The notes beneath the pieces are model-generated. The model saw nothing but the letters and a program-made list of their open reading frames with translations, was not told the origin of the DNA and searched no databases. Of a stretch of 64,000 bases of DNA, positions 26,015-38,117 are shown piece by piece (position 1 is the first letter of the stretch; each line of letters begins with the position of its first letter). The DNA lies in contig OZ024740.1 in the NCBI GenBank assembly GCA_964016885.1, positions 247,070,001 to 247,134,000 of the forward strand. Direction: 5' to 3'. The translations under genes and the position numbers were made by a program. Origin of the DNA: Eledone cirrhosa (Eukaryota).

Positions 26015-26445
26015 ATATGTATATGTGAGTGTGTGTGTATGTATTTGTGTATGCGTATGTATGTGTTTATGTATTTGTATATGAATATTTATGTGTGAGA
26101 GTGTGTGTATGTATTTATTTTTACGTATGTATATGTACGTGTATTTGTGTGTATTGCTTACCACGTGTGTTTGTTCATTTATTTGTTGCCTGTATCGCTG
26201 TCAACATTATAATAGTCTTTATATTCATTTTTATGTTTTTTTATTATTATATATTTTTTCTTATATTTATTTGTGCGTGTGAGTATGTAGAGGTGTGTGT
26301 ATATATTTCTATTTTTGTGCATGCGTATGTATGCGTGTATATATGTGTGTGTGTATGTATGTGTATATATGTACGTGTGTATATACGTATGATTGTGTGT
26401 ATGTATGTGTATGTATATGTGTATGTATGTGTATGTATTTATATA
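25890..26445. repeat. Degenerate (TG)/(TA)/(TATG) microsatellite tract
   Basis: Directly visible. Confidence 0.9.
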
Positions 26446-26625
26446 TAGAGAGAATTAGTATATCTACCAACATATGTGTACAGATATACACCCATGCTAG
26501 CAAATATATATGTTATGTCTTAGTACCTTTGTGGTTCTATGCAGGGGGATGCAGAACAATTATATGAAAGACGTGAAATAAGAAAATTTAAAAAATTAAA
26601 AATCAACTTACTTACTAAAATTTTC

Positions 26626-26707
26626 ACTCCAACTAATTAGTTTCTGTAAGGGGATAAATATAGTTACGCAATATAACTATAGAGAATTCCTTACGTCATC
26701 AGGGAGT
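26626..26707 (-). ncRNA. Type I hammerhead ribozyme motif (inverted copy)
   Basis: Reverse complement of 27322-27403. Confidence 0.75.
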
Positions 26708-27321
26708 CTATTCTCAGCTAAGTTCCCATGCGATGCGCGGACACTAGGAACCCATATAAAAATAATAATTCAGTGGATGGAATAAAGCTAGCGGGGACTA
26801 AATTCCAGAGCACTGAAAAAATTCACTGCCTCTGGTCAGTGGCAGATTCTAAAGAATCAATCACGTATTGAAAATTTTAGTAAGTAAGTTGATTTTTAAT
26901 TTTTAAAATTTTCTTATTTCACATCTTTCATATAATTGTTCTGCATCCCCCTGCATAGAATCACAAAGGTACTAAGACATAACATATATATTTGCTAGCA
27001 TGGGTGTACATCTGTACACATATGTTGGTTGATATACTAATTCTCTATATTTATCTCCAAATTATTTGTTGAGTAAAACTTGCCAAAATTTACTGCTGAT
27101 TTATGGTAGTAGTAGGCTCTTGTCATAATACCACCCCGCACCTCACTGATTAACCTCAGTGTCCCGTGATTGATTATTTAGAATCTGCCACTGACCAGAG
27201 GCAGTGAATTTTTTCAGTGCTCTGGAATTTAGTCCCCGCTAGCTTTATTCCATCCACTGAATTATTATTTTTATATGGGTTCCTAGTGTCCGCGCATCAC
27301 ATGGGAACTTAGATGAGAGAG

Positions 27322-27403
27322 ACTCCCTGATGACGTAAGGAATTCTCTATAGTTATATTGCGTAACTATATTTATCCCCTTACAGAAACTAATTAGTTGG
27401 AGT
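27322..27403 (+). ncRNA. Type I hammerhead ribozyme motif
   Basis: ACTCC-CTGATGA-CGTAAGG..CCTTACA-GAAA-CTAATTAG-TT-GGAGT. Confidence 0.78.
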
Positions 27404-27459
27404 GAAAATTTTAGTAAGTTGATTTTTAATTTTTTAAATTTTCTTATTTCACGTCTTTC

Positions 27460-27496
<37 letters not shown>

Positions 27497-27503
<7 letters not shown>

Positions 27504-28300
27504 TAAATCATGTCTTTAGAATTATTAGATAAAATATATACCATTTCCTCTCCCAATCAGCATAATTAACCATATAAAAAATCAATTAGACCAAGCTATA
27601 AGAATAAAGTAATATATATCTATAACTTTATGTATATGTAAACCTTTATATTTAATAATCTCCCGTTAGGTTGAGATACAATTTGGCGATATTTGGCTGC
27701 GCTTTCTAGCAACAAGCCTACCCGCCGTAAGCAACCAATCACATTCTTTCTAACTTGACCACTGCCATATTGCGGTTCTTAGCCATTTTTAAATCTAATT
27801 TTGGCGCGATCACTTTGGAAAACTAAGTGTCTAATTTTGAGTTTGTCTCCTGATGAATCCGAACTCTGTGCATTTCCTATTAATTGGATGTCTAAAAATA
27901 CGGATGAAACCATGGTAGATATATAATTACGGTATGTACACATTTCTTCTAAGTTTGAATTTACACCTAATTGTGTATGGTTGATGGTATATTTAGTCAG
28001 TTTCTACATGCTGTTGAAATGTTGGATAAATACTCTATTGGGGCCACCGCGAAGAGGCCACTTTCGGTTATTTGTCGTAGATTTCTTCATAAGAGCCTTT
28101 ATTCTTATAGCTTGGTCTAATTGATTTTTTATATGGTTAATTATGCTGATTGGGAGAGGAAATGGTATATATTTTATCTAATAATTCTAAAGACATGATT
28201 TATGATATATTGCTCTGATTATTTAATTTATTATTTCTTCATAGAGCCACAAAGTGACCGGTTGTAACATATATATCTATAACTTTATGTATATGTAAAC

Positions 28301-28308
<8 letters not shown>
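27497..28308 (+). repeat. ORF-less pseudo-LTR unit (~660 bp period) with 40 bp terminal direct repeats, a 5' inverted duplication and a hammerhead
   Basis: Direct repeat at 27612-27651 and 28269-28308. 27497-27609 is inverted at 28097-28210. A second family member lies at 38118-38550. Confidence 0.8.
27845..27922 (+). ncRNA. Type I hammerhead ribozyme motif
   Basis: GTCTC-CTGATGA-ATCCG..CGGAT-GAAA-CCATGG-TA-GATAT. The sister copy at about 38245 reads GAAACCATGGTAGAGAT, which restores stem I. Confidence 0.72.
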
Positions 28309-28349
<41 letters not shown>

Positions 28350-28859
28350 GTTGTATATATGTATGTGTATGTATGGATATGTTGATATTTATGTGTGGAT
28401 GTATGTATGTGTATATGTATGTGTATGTATATATATACACATATATATATATGTGTGTGTGTGTATATGTGTGTGTGTATGTATGTGTGTATGTATATAT
28501 ATATATATATATATGTATGTATATAATTGTGTGTGTGTGTGTGTGTTTGCATGTGTGTTTTTATTTTATTTTTCCTTTTCTTCTTCCTTTTCCAGCCTCA
28601 CTTTCATATAGATTGCATTTTTATTTTTAAAATCGAACGTCAATAAATACACCAGGAATTTTCATTCTGATGATTGAAAACAAAATTTTTTTGCTTTTAA
28701 GTAACCACTAGTAAATGAAATAATTGCCTTATGTTGTTTATTACATAACTATATATATATATACATAGTGAAAAATGGAATGGGAACAAAACAGAGAGGC
28801 AGTACGAACAAATATACATATATACATACATATACTTACTCACAGACACATACACTTGC

Positions 28860-29650
28860 GTTGTTTATGGAGGGAAAGTATGTGTTGACGATGTTAATGA
28901 TGTTAATGATTGTTGGAGTATGGAGATGTGCCTTGTGGTGGCGGTGGTGGTGTTGTGAGCGACAAAAAATATACACGATCGAATTATACGATGGGTTACA
29001 GGTTAAAAAGTGACATAGGGAACACGGGAAAAACAAGGTTGTGAACATATAGCGATGTGTGTGGTAGTGGTGGTGGCGGCGATGGAATGATATGTTCAAC
29101 AATATATTTACATGATCAGATGTTACGGTGGTTTACAAGGTAAAGCTGACAGAGAGGGCAGATATAACACAGTGGTTCCGGGAGGGAGGGGTGATATGTG
29201 TTGGTGATGTTAATGATGTTAATGATTGTTGAAGTATGGAGTTGTATCTAGTGGTGGCGGTGGTGGTGTGTGCGACAGTATATTTACGGGATCGAATTTA
29301 ACGAAGGGCTGTAGGTTAAAACAGACAGAGGAAACATGGGGGAACAAGGTTGTAGGTGTGGGATGGTAGACATATATCGATGTGTGCGGTGGTGGTGGCG
29401 ATGGAGTGATATGATCGACATTATATTTACAGGATAGGATGCTACAAAGGATTACAAGGTAAAACCTGACAGAGAGGACAGATAGAACACAATGGTACTA
29501 AGATGAGGGGTGTATGGCGATGTGTCTTTTGGTGGGGGTGATGGATGCGGCATGATATATACAAAATTTGGACTTACAAAGGGTTACATGTTATAAAACA
29601 AATGCACTGAGATGAGGGACGGTGAGACAGGGCAAAGGTGGTTAATATTA
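28860..29650. repeat. Diverged tandem repeat (~320 bp period) in the PLE 3' UTR
   Basis: GATGTTAATGATGTTAATGATTGTTG..GTGGTGGCGGTGGTGGTG at about 28889 and 29206, with further sub-repeats. Confidence 0.75.
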
Positions 29651-29663
29651 GGTTGGGTCATGG

Positions 29664-31225
29664 TTAGTGTGCGGCCCTCAGCCGAATGTTTGTGCAGAAA
29701 AGGTGTTCAACCTGGTGCCTGCAATTGATAATTATGTCCGAGCTATAGTTTATGGCAGATTTTAATTTAATTATCTCAGCCGCCTCGGCCAGGCATAACC
29801 TGCAGTGGTTTCTGTCACTGGGGAGTTGGGCCACGCGTCTTTTGACTGACCATGTGATCTGGAATTCGATGTTCCTGTCCTTGAGGTCCCAGATCAAATC
29901 GGCCAGTCTAGTTTGGGATCGTTTCAGCCTATGTTTAAAGGAGCTTCTATGGTTATACCAGCGCTCCTTAAACGTAGTGGAGGTCCCACCTATGTATGAG
30001 TACTCATTAGTGCCAGCTGTGACGTCACACCGGTAAACAATGTTTTTAACGAGGCACTCCCCGTTTAGTGGGCATTCTGCCCGTTTTTTCCAGTTGCAAT
30101 TGGGTGTTACCGGTGTGGTGCCACGTTGTTGGTTGGTGGTATGCTGTGTGGAGCTGGCATGTGGGTTGTTGTGTTGTGTATGTGGTTTCGTTGTGGGTTG
30201 TGGTAGTGGATTGTTGTGGGGCAACCATGTGTTTGCGTATTTTTGTCCTATTAGTGTGTGCTATTGTGTGGCCTAGATTTGGTGCTGTGGAGAAAGAGAA
30301 TGTTACAGTGTGTCTATTGAAGAGCTTGTGGTATTTATGTGTGTGTGGAAAAGATTGTTCAAGAGCCCTGAAGAAGGTCCCCGGTATGTTGGTGGCATCG
30401 TGTATAGAATACGGGGCGTTGTACCATGTGACAGGTCTACTTTAGGCTTTACGGTGTTTGGTGAGGTTTTTGTGGTCAGGTGGTTGTGTGGGTGCGTTTT
30501 GGTCATGCGTATATGTCATAGGGGTTCCAAGTAATCTATTGGCGTTATGTCTTTTGTCTCTATTACTACGCAAACGTGTGCAATAGTCAGAGTCCTTAAT
30601 GGGGTTGGAAAGTATAGCTTTATCTCCTTGGCAGTTGTGTGTGACGCTCCCTACCCTGCCGGCTAAGGAGGGTCTTAGATTATTATTTGTTCTAGGTGTG
30701 GTGTCCTCGTATATGTTCGTTTCTAAGGGTCTGATTATGTTTAGCGGCGTTACGGTTCTAGTTGGGTCATTGTAAGAAATCTTGTCAATGTAACCAGCCT
30801 TTTCAAGTGCGGAGTTGTAGTATTCAGCGTGCTGGTTGAAGATAGTTTTATTTGCCGACAGGGTAGACACTCTATAGGAAACGCTTTTAACTATTGAGTT
30901 AATTATGCTCCTAGGGTGGTTGGAGTGTCTGTTGACGTATTTAAGATTTTCATTAGGTTTGTGGTATGGACGGTAGAGACCTGAATCTAATTCCAGAGTG
31001 ACATCTAAAAAGTTTACTGTCCTTCTGTTAGGTTCAATTTCTACCGCTAATCCCTGGGTCTTAAAGATATACCTAAGTCGTTTGTGTAGTCTATCTAATT
31101 GGCTATTATTGAGTCCACGGGTCATGAGTAGGGCATCGTCACGGTATAAGCCACCGCCCAAGGAGGGGATCTCGTCTGTTAATATATACAGGAGGTATAG
31201 GCCTACTATATCTGTAACCTGCAAT
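29664..31225 (-). mobile_element. 5'-truncated Naiad-type Penelope element (RT C-terminus plus GIY-YIG)
   Basis: QVTDIVGLY, GGLYRDD, FLDVTL, PYHKPN and SNHP; CNWKKRAECPL, VYRC..YIGGT, RWYNH, CRLC and CRH. Confidence 0.9.
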
Positions 31226-31239
31226 ATTAGAAAATATAA

Positions 31240-31422
31240 GGAGGTGGATTGGCAGTATCGGTAGAGGGTCGGACGCCATGCTTTGCAGCAAATAGTTACG
31301 GCCCTTGCCATTCTGAGTTCAAATCCCACCGAGGTTAACTTTGCCTTTCATCCTTGCGGGGTCGATACAAGTACCAGTAATACACTGTGATAATTGCTGG
31401 CCCTGTGCCAAAAGTAGAAACA
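31240..31422 (+). mobile_element. SINE family A
   Basis: A/B boxes and core present. Confidence 0.87.
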
Positions 31423-31423
31423 T

Positions 31424-31920
31424 TTATTAATATTCGAAAAACTCAGATTACATTTATTGTATTCAGCCACGTAGAGCCATGAACTATTGTTTAATTATTT
31501 TGATATGGCAAAGCCGGCCATTAATCGCTCGTATACATGAGACTGACTGGCCCATCTGCTGATATGCAATTCTAGCTGATAAGTAGTTCTGCTAATATGC
31601 AAATCTGACTGATCAGGCAGTTGCTAATATACAAATCAGGGCGCTCAGTCACTGTATATTTCAGAAAATATCATATATTTTCACCAGCTCTGACAGTTGG
31701 CAGGTAAGCAGTATACTGTACTGATGAGGAGTAATCACCTAGAAACATTAATGTCTGCAGTTCTGTTTACATACCAATAAAAGAGCAAGAATGAAGAGGT
31801 ATTCTTCTGACATGGCTTAAAAGAGGCTGTTTACATAGTTGCAAACGAATTGAACATTATTATTGATATCGAAAAAATTACATTTGTATTCAGCCATGTA
31901 GAGCGGTAAACTATTGGTTA
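31424..31920 (+). repeat. Pseudo-LTR/retrozyme-like unit (~435 bp period) with ~60 bp terminal direct repeats
   Basis: 31424-31491 resembles 31860-31920. Homologous to 47188-47452. Confidence 0.75.
31715..31761 (+). ncRNA. Minimal type I hammerhead ribozyme motif
   Basis: ACTGTA-CTGATGA-GGAGTAATCACCTA-GAAA-CATTAATG-TC-TGCAGT; GUC cleavage site. Confidence 0.8.
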
Positions 31921-31984
31921 GTTATATGTATGTATGTATATATATATATATAATAAGGTGTTGTAATTTGTTTGAAGCATTGTG

Positions 31985-32056
<72 letters not shown>

Positions 32057-32289
32057 CGTTGAAAGAGATACATCAACATCTTATCAGCAATCACTACCAT
32101 TAACATGTGGAAGCCAACTCCAGCATCAGTGACAATAACAACCTTTGGGTCATTTCGCTGGGAACAACCCCCTGTTTTCTTTTTGTACATTCATTCATTT
32201 ATTTATTTGCTAACTTTCTACTTTCGTGTGGGTCCCCCTCCATGCACTCCCTTCTCTTTTATCTTGTCTTCTGTCGCCTCCATATCTGA

Positions 32290-34800
32290 TGTAGGTGAGC
32301 TATGAGGCCTCACTCATACCAAAACTTTCCCTTCCACCCACGTGCAATTGTGCCTAGCACCTAGGATGGTGAGAACCACCCACTCACCCCTGATGTCGCT
32401 TGGTGTCCCAGACCCCGGATCCATGCCCTATCCTCCATCCCCACCAGTCGATATCTGCAGCATTTGCAACACCACGAACAGACGTAACTGTTCGAGTGCG
32501 GCTGCTTCCGCCACCTCACCTGTGTTGCCTTGACGCGTCGAGCTTCCAGTGCCCTCGCAGCGTTGATATGCAGAAACTGTCTCTTCCCTCCTCTGCCCAG
32601 CCACGGCTGTCTGGCACCCTACCAGATCAGACAGCGAGCTTGCCTGATGCCCAAGCGTCGCTGGTAAACATCGATCGGCTCAGGCGGCTCCGGAAGATTC
32701 CGCTCAGGATCCCGAGAGCGGCTCGGCGGCCCGGGTGCCGGTAGCCGATGCTCTCGTTTCCTCCATCGAGAGTGCTCTAGACTCCAATCGAGCCAGCCAC
32801 TGGGAGCGCCTCTTCTATTTCGCCCCACTCACCCTCGGTCTCCCCAGCTCTGGCGCTGACAGCAACCTTTGTCAAGTCCAATGTTTCGTCCTTTGGGCAT
32901 ATGCCTCATCGCTGTGGGAAATGTCTACAGGTCCATAACACTTGAACTGGGTGAGGAGTTCAGTCCGGTGCAACTGGGTGTCGGCGTGTCCGGTGGCTGT
33001 GAGGGGACCGCACATGCAAACAGGCAGTTCTTGAATAGCTGCCCACCGGAACCGGCATCCAGGGACTGCAGGCACCTCATTGTCAAGCTTGACATGAGGA
33101 ATGCCTTTAACTGCATACGCCGGGACCATCTGCTCAATGCCTGCCTCAACCGAGCCCCCTCCACCTACCCGCTGGGTACTTGCTCCTTGCTGCTGACACA
33201 GTATTACGTTCGGCTACTGCGGTCCAACAGGGCGACCCTCTGGGCACCCTCCTGTTTGCCTGGAGTATTACGGCCTCTCTCAACGTTTGGTACCTGGATG
33301 ATGCTACGCTGGGCGGGCCTGTGGAGACTGTCTGCCATGACCTTCAATCGGTGGTTCCTGCCCTGGAAGTGGTGAATGTCAGCTATGATGCTGAGAGCTT
33401 TGCAGCCTCCGTCTTGGACGTGCGATCCATTCTCCAACAGGTGCAGGTGACCCCCAAAGAGGATGTCCTCATCCTCGGGTCACCGATCCACTCGCCGGCC
33501 ATCAGCCCCACCATCAGCTCTAGTCTCCAACAACTCCAGACCCTCACGGGCCGACTAGGCTTGATCGACGGCCACCCAGCACACTTCCTGTTGAGGAACT
33601 GCTTCGCCATGCCGAAGCTCCTCTACACCCTTCGCAATGCTCCATGCTACAGCCACGCAACTCTCTTCGCTGACCTCGATACTTCACCCGAGCGGCAGCT
33701 GAGGAAATATGCAACGTCAGGTTTGACGTATTGCATGGCAACAGGCCACTTTACCTGTCAGATTTGGCGGCCTTGGCCTCCGGTCCCCGATCTTGCTGGC
33801 TTTGCCGGCGTTTCTTTCATCGGTAACCTCATGCCTGGCCCTCGTCAGCAGGGTCCTCCAAAACAAAATAGAACCCTCTGTGTTCAGGGAACGTGAGGTC
33901 GCCTGTGAGATGTGGCACAGGCTGGGATTTAGCCCGGTAGACGTCCTTCCTCAGTCTCCACCTGCTGAAGCCAAATTCCCCCAAAGCGTATGGGATGCCA
34001 TCCAGTGCAGCCTGGCCTCAGACAGGCTCACGCGCCACCTCGACCAGTACCGCCTTGCCTGTTTTCGCGCGGCCTCCAAACCCCACAGTTGTGCCTGGCT
34101 CCGTGCCTTGCCCTCCTTCTCCACAGGCACCCAGCTGGATAACGGTAGCCTGCGCATCGGCGTTTCCTTGATACTTGGACTCCGGATCTGCGAGCCACAT
34201 AAATGTCAATGTGGATCCACCGTGGACTCTTTCGGACTCCACCCCCTTTCCTGTCGCCACAGTGCCGGTCGCCTTCCACGCCATGCTGCCCTCAACGAGG
34301 TCAGTAAGCATGGCTTGGACGCTGCAGGCTTTCCCTCCCAGCTCGAGCCGGTGGGGCTGGACCGAGGGGTTGGCAAAAGGCCAGACGGTATGACCATCTT
34401 CCCGTTCCGCGGTGGAAACCCCCTCGTCTGGGATGTCACATGCAGCGACACATTCTTCAGCCGCAACCTGGTGCAGTCTGCGACTAACCCAGGTACTGCT
34501 GCACGTTGGGCTGACGAGGCCAAACTCTCCAAGTACCGGTCACTCTCCGACAGGTTCGCGGTCGTGCCCTTGACACTGGAGACTTCTGGTGTCCTTGGCC
34601 CTAAGGCTACCTCCCTACTCACCACCATAGGCGCTGAACTAGCCAGCCGCAGGTGTGAGCCTTGCGAGTTGGAATCGCTCTTCCAGCGCATCTCCCTTAC
34701 CATCCTCCGGGGAAACGCCTTCGCCATCCTGTCCGACGGGACTGTGGAGAGGCCAGCACGTGGGACCCCATTTTCTCACCAAACAGATTAATAGGCAAAG
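32290..34800 (+). mobile_element. CRE-like non-LTR retrotransposon (PHD finger, RT, CCHC, restriction-like endonuclease), degenerate copy 1
   Basis: IAVGNVYR, QLGVGVSGGCE, KLDMRNAFN, QQGDPLG, WYLDD, GGLG, CQCG..HPLSC..RH, RPDG..WDVT and LETSG. Confidence 0.85.
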
Positions 34801-34904
34801 TTATAACTATTGTAAAGGCTAACAAATGCAAAATGGACTGTGAGATGAGGTAACGAAAAGTAAGTTACCTGGTAATCTTTGTTTTGTTTTTTGTTGTTGT
34901 TCTT

Positions 34905-36900
34905 TTTTTCTGTCCAATATTTCGGGACTTAAAAGTCCCTTCTTAGGGGTTTAAGGAGCTTTTAGCGTATAATTTTCCAATTTCGTCTCTTTGGGATTAA
35001 ATTTTGATTTTGATTTAAATTTTTAATAAGTCGTTTTCAATTGTTTTTTTTTTTTGTCACGAGAATGACTTCCATTGCTAATATAGTATTTCGCGAAATT
35101 TATTTCCTTTTTTTGTATGAGATGTTTAGTTTGTGTGCCTGCGGGTGTGTCTTTTTATGTTAAGTACTGTGTGCTGAGTACTAATCTATTATTTATTTGC
35201 GGGTTGAGTCTACGTAACAGGAAGGCTACTTAATTCTCAAATTGCCCACAATTTTATCACTGGCTTTAATAGTAACGGTAAAATGTTGGTTGATGTTTCT
35301 ACATTTGTCGATGTGTTCTTTGAATGATGATGCATGTGTGGTGAGGTGTTCTTTAATGCGAGTGTGGAATGCTCGAGTTGTGCTACCAATGTAGAAGTCC
35401 TTACATTTGTTGCATTCAATCCGGTATAGCACATGTGTCCACTGGCACATACCTGTATCGCCGATAGGGCAGTTAGTCAGCGAGCATTGATTGTTTTTGT
35501 CCCTGGATTTCTTTTTAGACGGGTATCCACGTAGTGAAGGGCCGGAGTGTGTTAATTGTATGTCCAGTCCTTCTTTGCGGATAGCTGTGGTTATGCTTTC
35601 GCTGAAATGTAGTAATTTTATGAAGCATGTGCTAGAGGAGGTCTTATGCCTGCGGTCCCTTTGATTCTTAAGTCGATTCACTGTGGATGTTGGGTATCCG
35701 TTCGTCTTCAGTACATCTATGAAGTGTGCAGTGTGAGTGATCTGGTCCTCTGTCTTATGTGTGAACGCGTATGTTCATTTCTTATGTATCCGGTTTTAGC
35801 ACCAAGAGGAAGGGCTGATCTATAATGCACAAACAGGCCTCTGCTGGCAGCTTTCCTATAGTAGTTGGTGTATATAGCATCTTTTTCTATTACTCTAAGC
35901 TGGAAGTCCAGCAGATACAGGGAATCATTTTTATCGGGGTGTTCTGTGGTAAATTGTATGTTGTTATCAGTGTTTGAAAACGCCGTAGATATTATTTCGG
36001 CCCCTTCAGGGATGATGTGAGGATGAGTATATCATCTATGTATCGTGTGAAGAAAATACAGGAGCGGCAGGCTTTGAGCGCTCGACGTTCGATGGTGATA
36101 GCTAGAAGGCCTGAAAGATGGACCACATGGGTAGGCCTGTTGTTTGTTTGTTGTATGTGTGGTGGTGGAAAGTGAAATATGTATTTTCTACGATGACGGA
36201 TAGAAGCTGATGTATGTTTCGTGGGATGAGGCCGAAGCAGTGTATATTGTACGAAATTATGCAGTTAGTCACTAGGTTGACCACTGGATGAGCGGCTACT
36301 GTCGGATAGAGGTAGACAACGTCGAGGCTAAAGGCATATCTGTTGAGTTTAAGCTGGTTAGGTTGTAGTTGATGTAGTCCTTGTATGACTTCGTCGGAGC
36401 TGCTGACATGTCCAGGAAAAGTAGCAAGCATAAGCTTGAGGATCTGGGAGAGGAACCAGGAGATTTTATAGAGGGGTCCTTCTATATTCGAGACAATTGG
36501 TCTAATCTGTAGATTAACACTGGTTTTGTGGGGTTTAATGAGGTGGTAGAAAGTTGGTAGTCTGCTGTTTCTGGTGGTAAGGCTGTTTTTATATATGTTT
36601 GGGAGTTGTCTGCGTCTGCAGATATCCGTCCAGGTGGTGTTGATGTGATCTTCAATCTGGGATGCAGCTATGTCTGTCACTTCTGTATATAGTTCACCGT
36701 TGTTAAGGTGCTCATATGTCAAGCTGTTGTATGTCTCTCTCGAGATGACGCAGAATTCTTCCCCTTTGTCGGAAGGGAGGTATACGGGATCCTTCTCTCG
36801 CATGTTGAAGAGAGGTTATGGAGTACTTTCTTATGTTTTAGTAATATGCTAAAAATAGACTGCTTAAGTCTGGAGAGTTTGGATTTTTATGACTGCAGAG
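34905..36900 (-). mobile_element. Penelope-like element (Poseidon/Penelope-type RT plus GIY-YIG), degenerate
   Basis: SDKG, IRPIVS, SLDVVYLYP, TGLPM and RYIDD; YRIECNKC..YIGSTTR..RIKEH. Degenerate hammerhead at about 34910-34948 (GGGAC-TTTTAA-GTCCC-GAAA on the minus strand). Confidence 0.88.
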
Positions 36901-36959
36901 GTCACAGAATGTGTGACGAAAGAGCTTTCACAATATATAAACAACAACCAGGTTATCGA

Positions 36960-37095
36960 AGCAACTAACCAACCAATAATAAATTGAAGTGAAATCCAAC
37001 AGGCCCGTGTGTTTTTATTGGCATCATGACCCTCCCAAAGTATAACAATATCTGTTTCAACACACGTTTTCAGATATGAAATCTTTCAAAACAAA
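36960..37095 (+). repeat. Pseudo-LTR fragment of the same family as 20626-20760 and 21800-21880
   Basis: Shares ATAAATTGAAGTGAAA..CATGACCCTCCCAAAGTATAACAATATC.GTTTCAACACACG. Confidence 0.75.
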
Positions 37096-37126
37096 TTTTA
37101 AAACGAAGTATATATATATGTGTGTG

Positions 37127-37157
<31 letters not shown>

Positions 37158-37160
37158 AGG

Positions 37161-37199
<39 letters not shown>

Positions 37200-37224
37200 C
37201 GCACGAGGGAGAAAGAGAGAGTGT

Positions 37225-37867
37225 GTGTGTGTCTGATATGTCACACATACTTCATTAACTTCCATAACAGGGCAATGAATCTGACCTCTAAATTATACGA
37301 AAACGGTTTTGACTTCCAAATCACGAAAAAACAATTCCTTTAACAGAAAACGGAAAACTTTGGCTGCTATTTCTAGTATGTTTAGCCACCGAATAGCTGT
37401 TGAAATTTTACCGTTGCTGCCCGCTTTCCGAAAAATATCCGTCTCCTGTTCGAAAAACCACTGGATGAGCGGCTACTGTCGGATAGAGTATCTCACAAAA
37501 GAAAACTATCTTTTTTTCAAAGAAAACTCAGTGGGAGGGTAAAAGTCCGAGGGTCTTCTCTCTCTTCTTCCGTTTTCCGAGAGAAAATCATTTGTAGTAT
37601 TGATAGCTCAAGAACAAAAAGCGGAAAAATTCTTATTTCCAACAAAAAACCAGGGGATGTTCTTAGAATTTACCAAATTTTTATCATAATTTGCTTTTAT
37701 GGTTTTTTTTTTTATTTCAAACTTATTGTTGTTGTTGATCTCACAGAATTTGTTATGCCAATGATATTAGAATCTCTAATCACAATAAGTATTAAGAAAA
37801 TATATCATGCTTTGAATAACATTTCATTATTTTATTTAACCCGAGTAACGCCGAGTACTCGTGCTAG
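37225..37867 (+). mobile_element. Probable non-autonomous Helitron (3' end supported, 5' end uncertain)
   Basis: Ends in CCCGAGTAACGCCGAGTACTCGTG-CTAG|T, a subterminal GC-rich imperfect hairpin plus CTAG. Confidence 0.5.
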
Positions 37868-38117
37868 TATATATATATATATATATTGGTAAAAGGAAAA
37901 GAAAATGCTGACAAATTGTTCCCAGTGAAAAATAGTTTAATTAAGAATAAGTAAAAATTAGTAATAGTATTGGTTAGTATTCAGTTTTGGTTTTAAGTTT
38001 TACCGGTTGCGCATTTCTAATGCTTTTCAAAAATAATTTTGAGATAGAGCGCCCGTGATGTTTGCTCTAATCTGTTACACTTCTATTCTTTTAAATATAT
38101 ATATATATATATATAAA

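Larger units (their letters stand above)
26449..27461. repeat. ORF-less pseudo-LTR structure in inverted and tandem arrangement, with two hammerheads
   Basis: 26449-26626 is inverted at 26869-27047. 26565-26865 is inverted at about 27165-27461. Confidence 0.8.

Noticed and set aside
31225-31329. N-terminus of ORF 30442-31329
   Set aside because: It is an antisense SINE translation fused by chance to the PLE frame.
32285-32400. HDV-like ribozyme at the 5' end of the CRE-like element
   Set aside because: Small hairpins are present but I could not build the nested double pseudoknot by eye.
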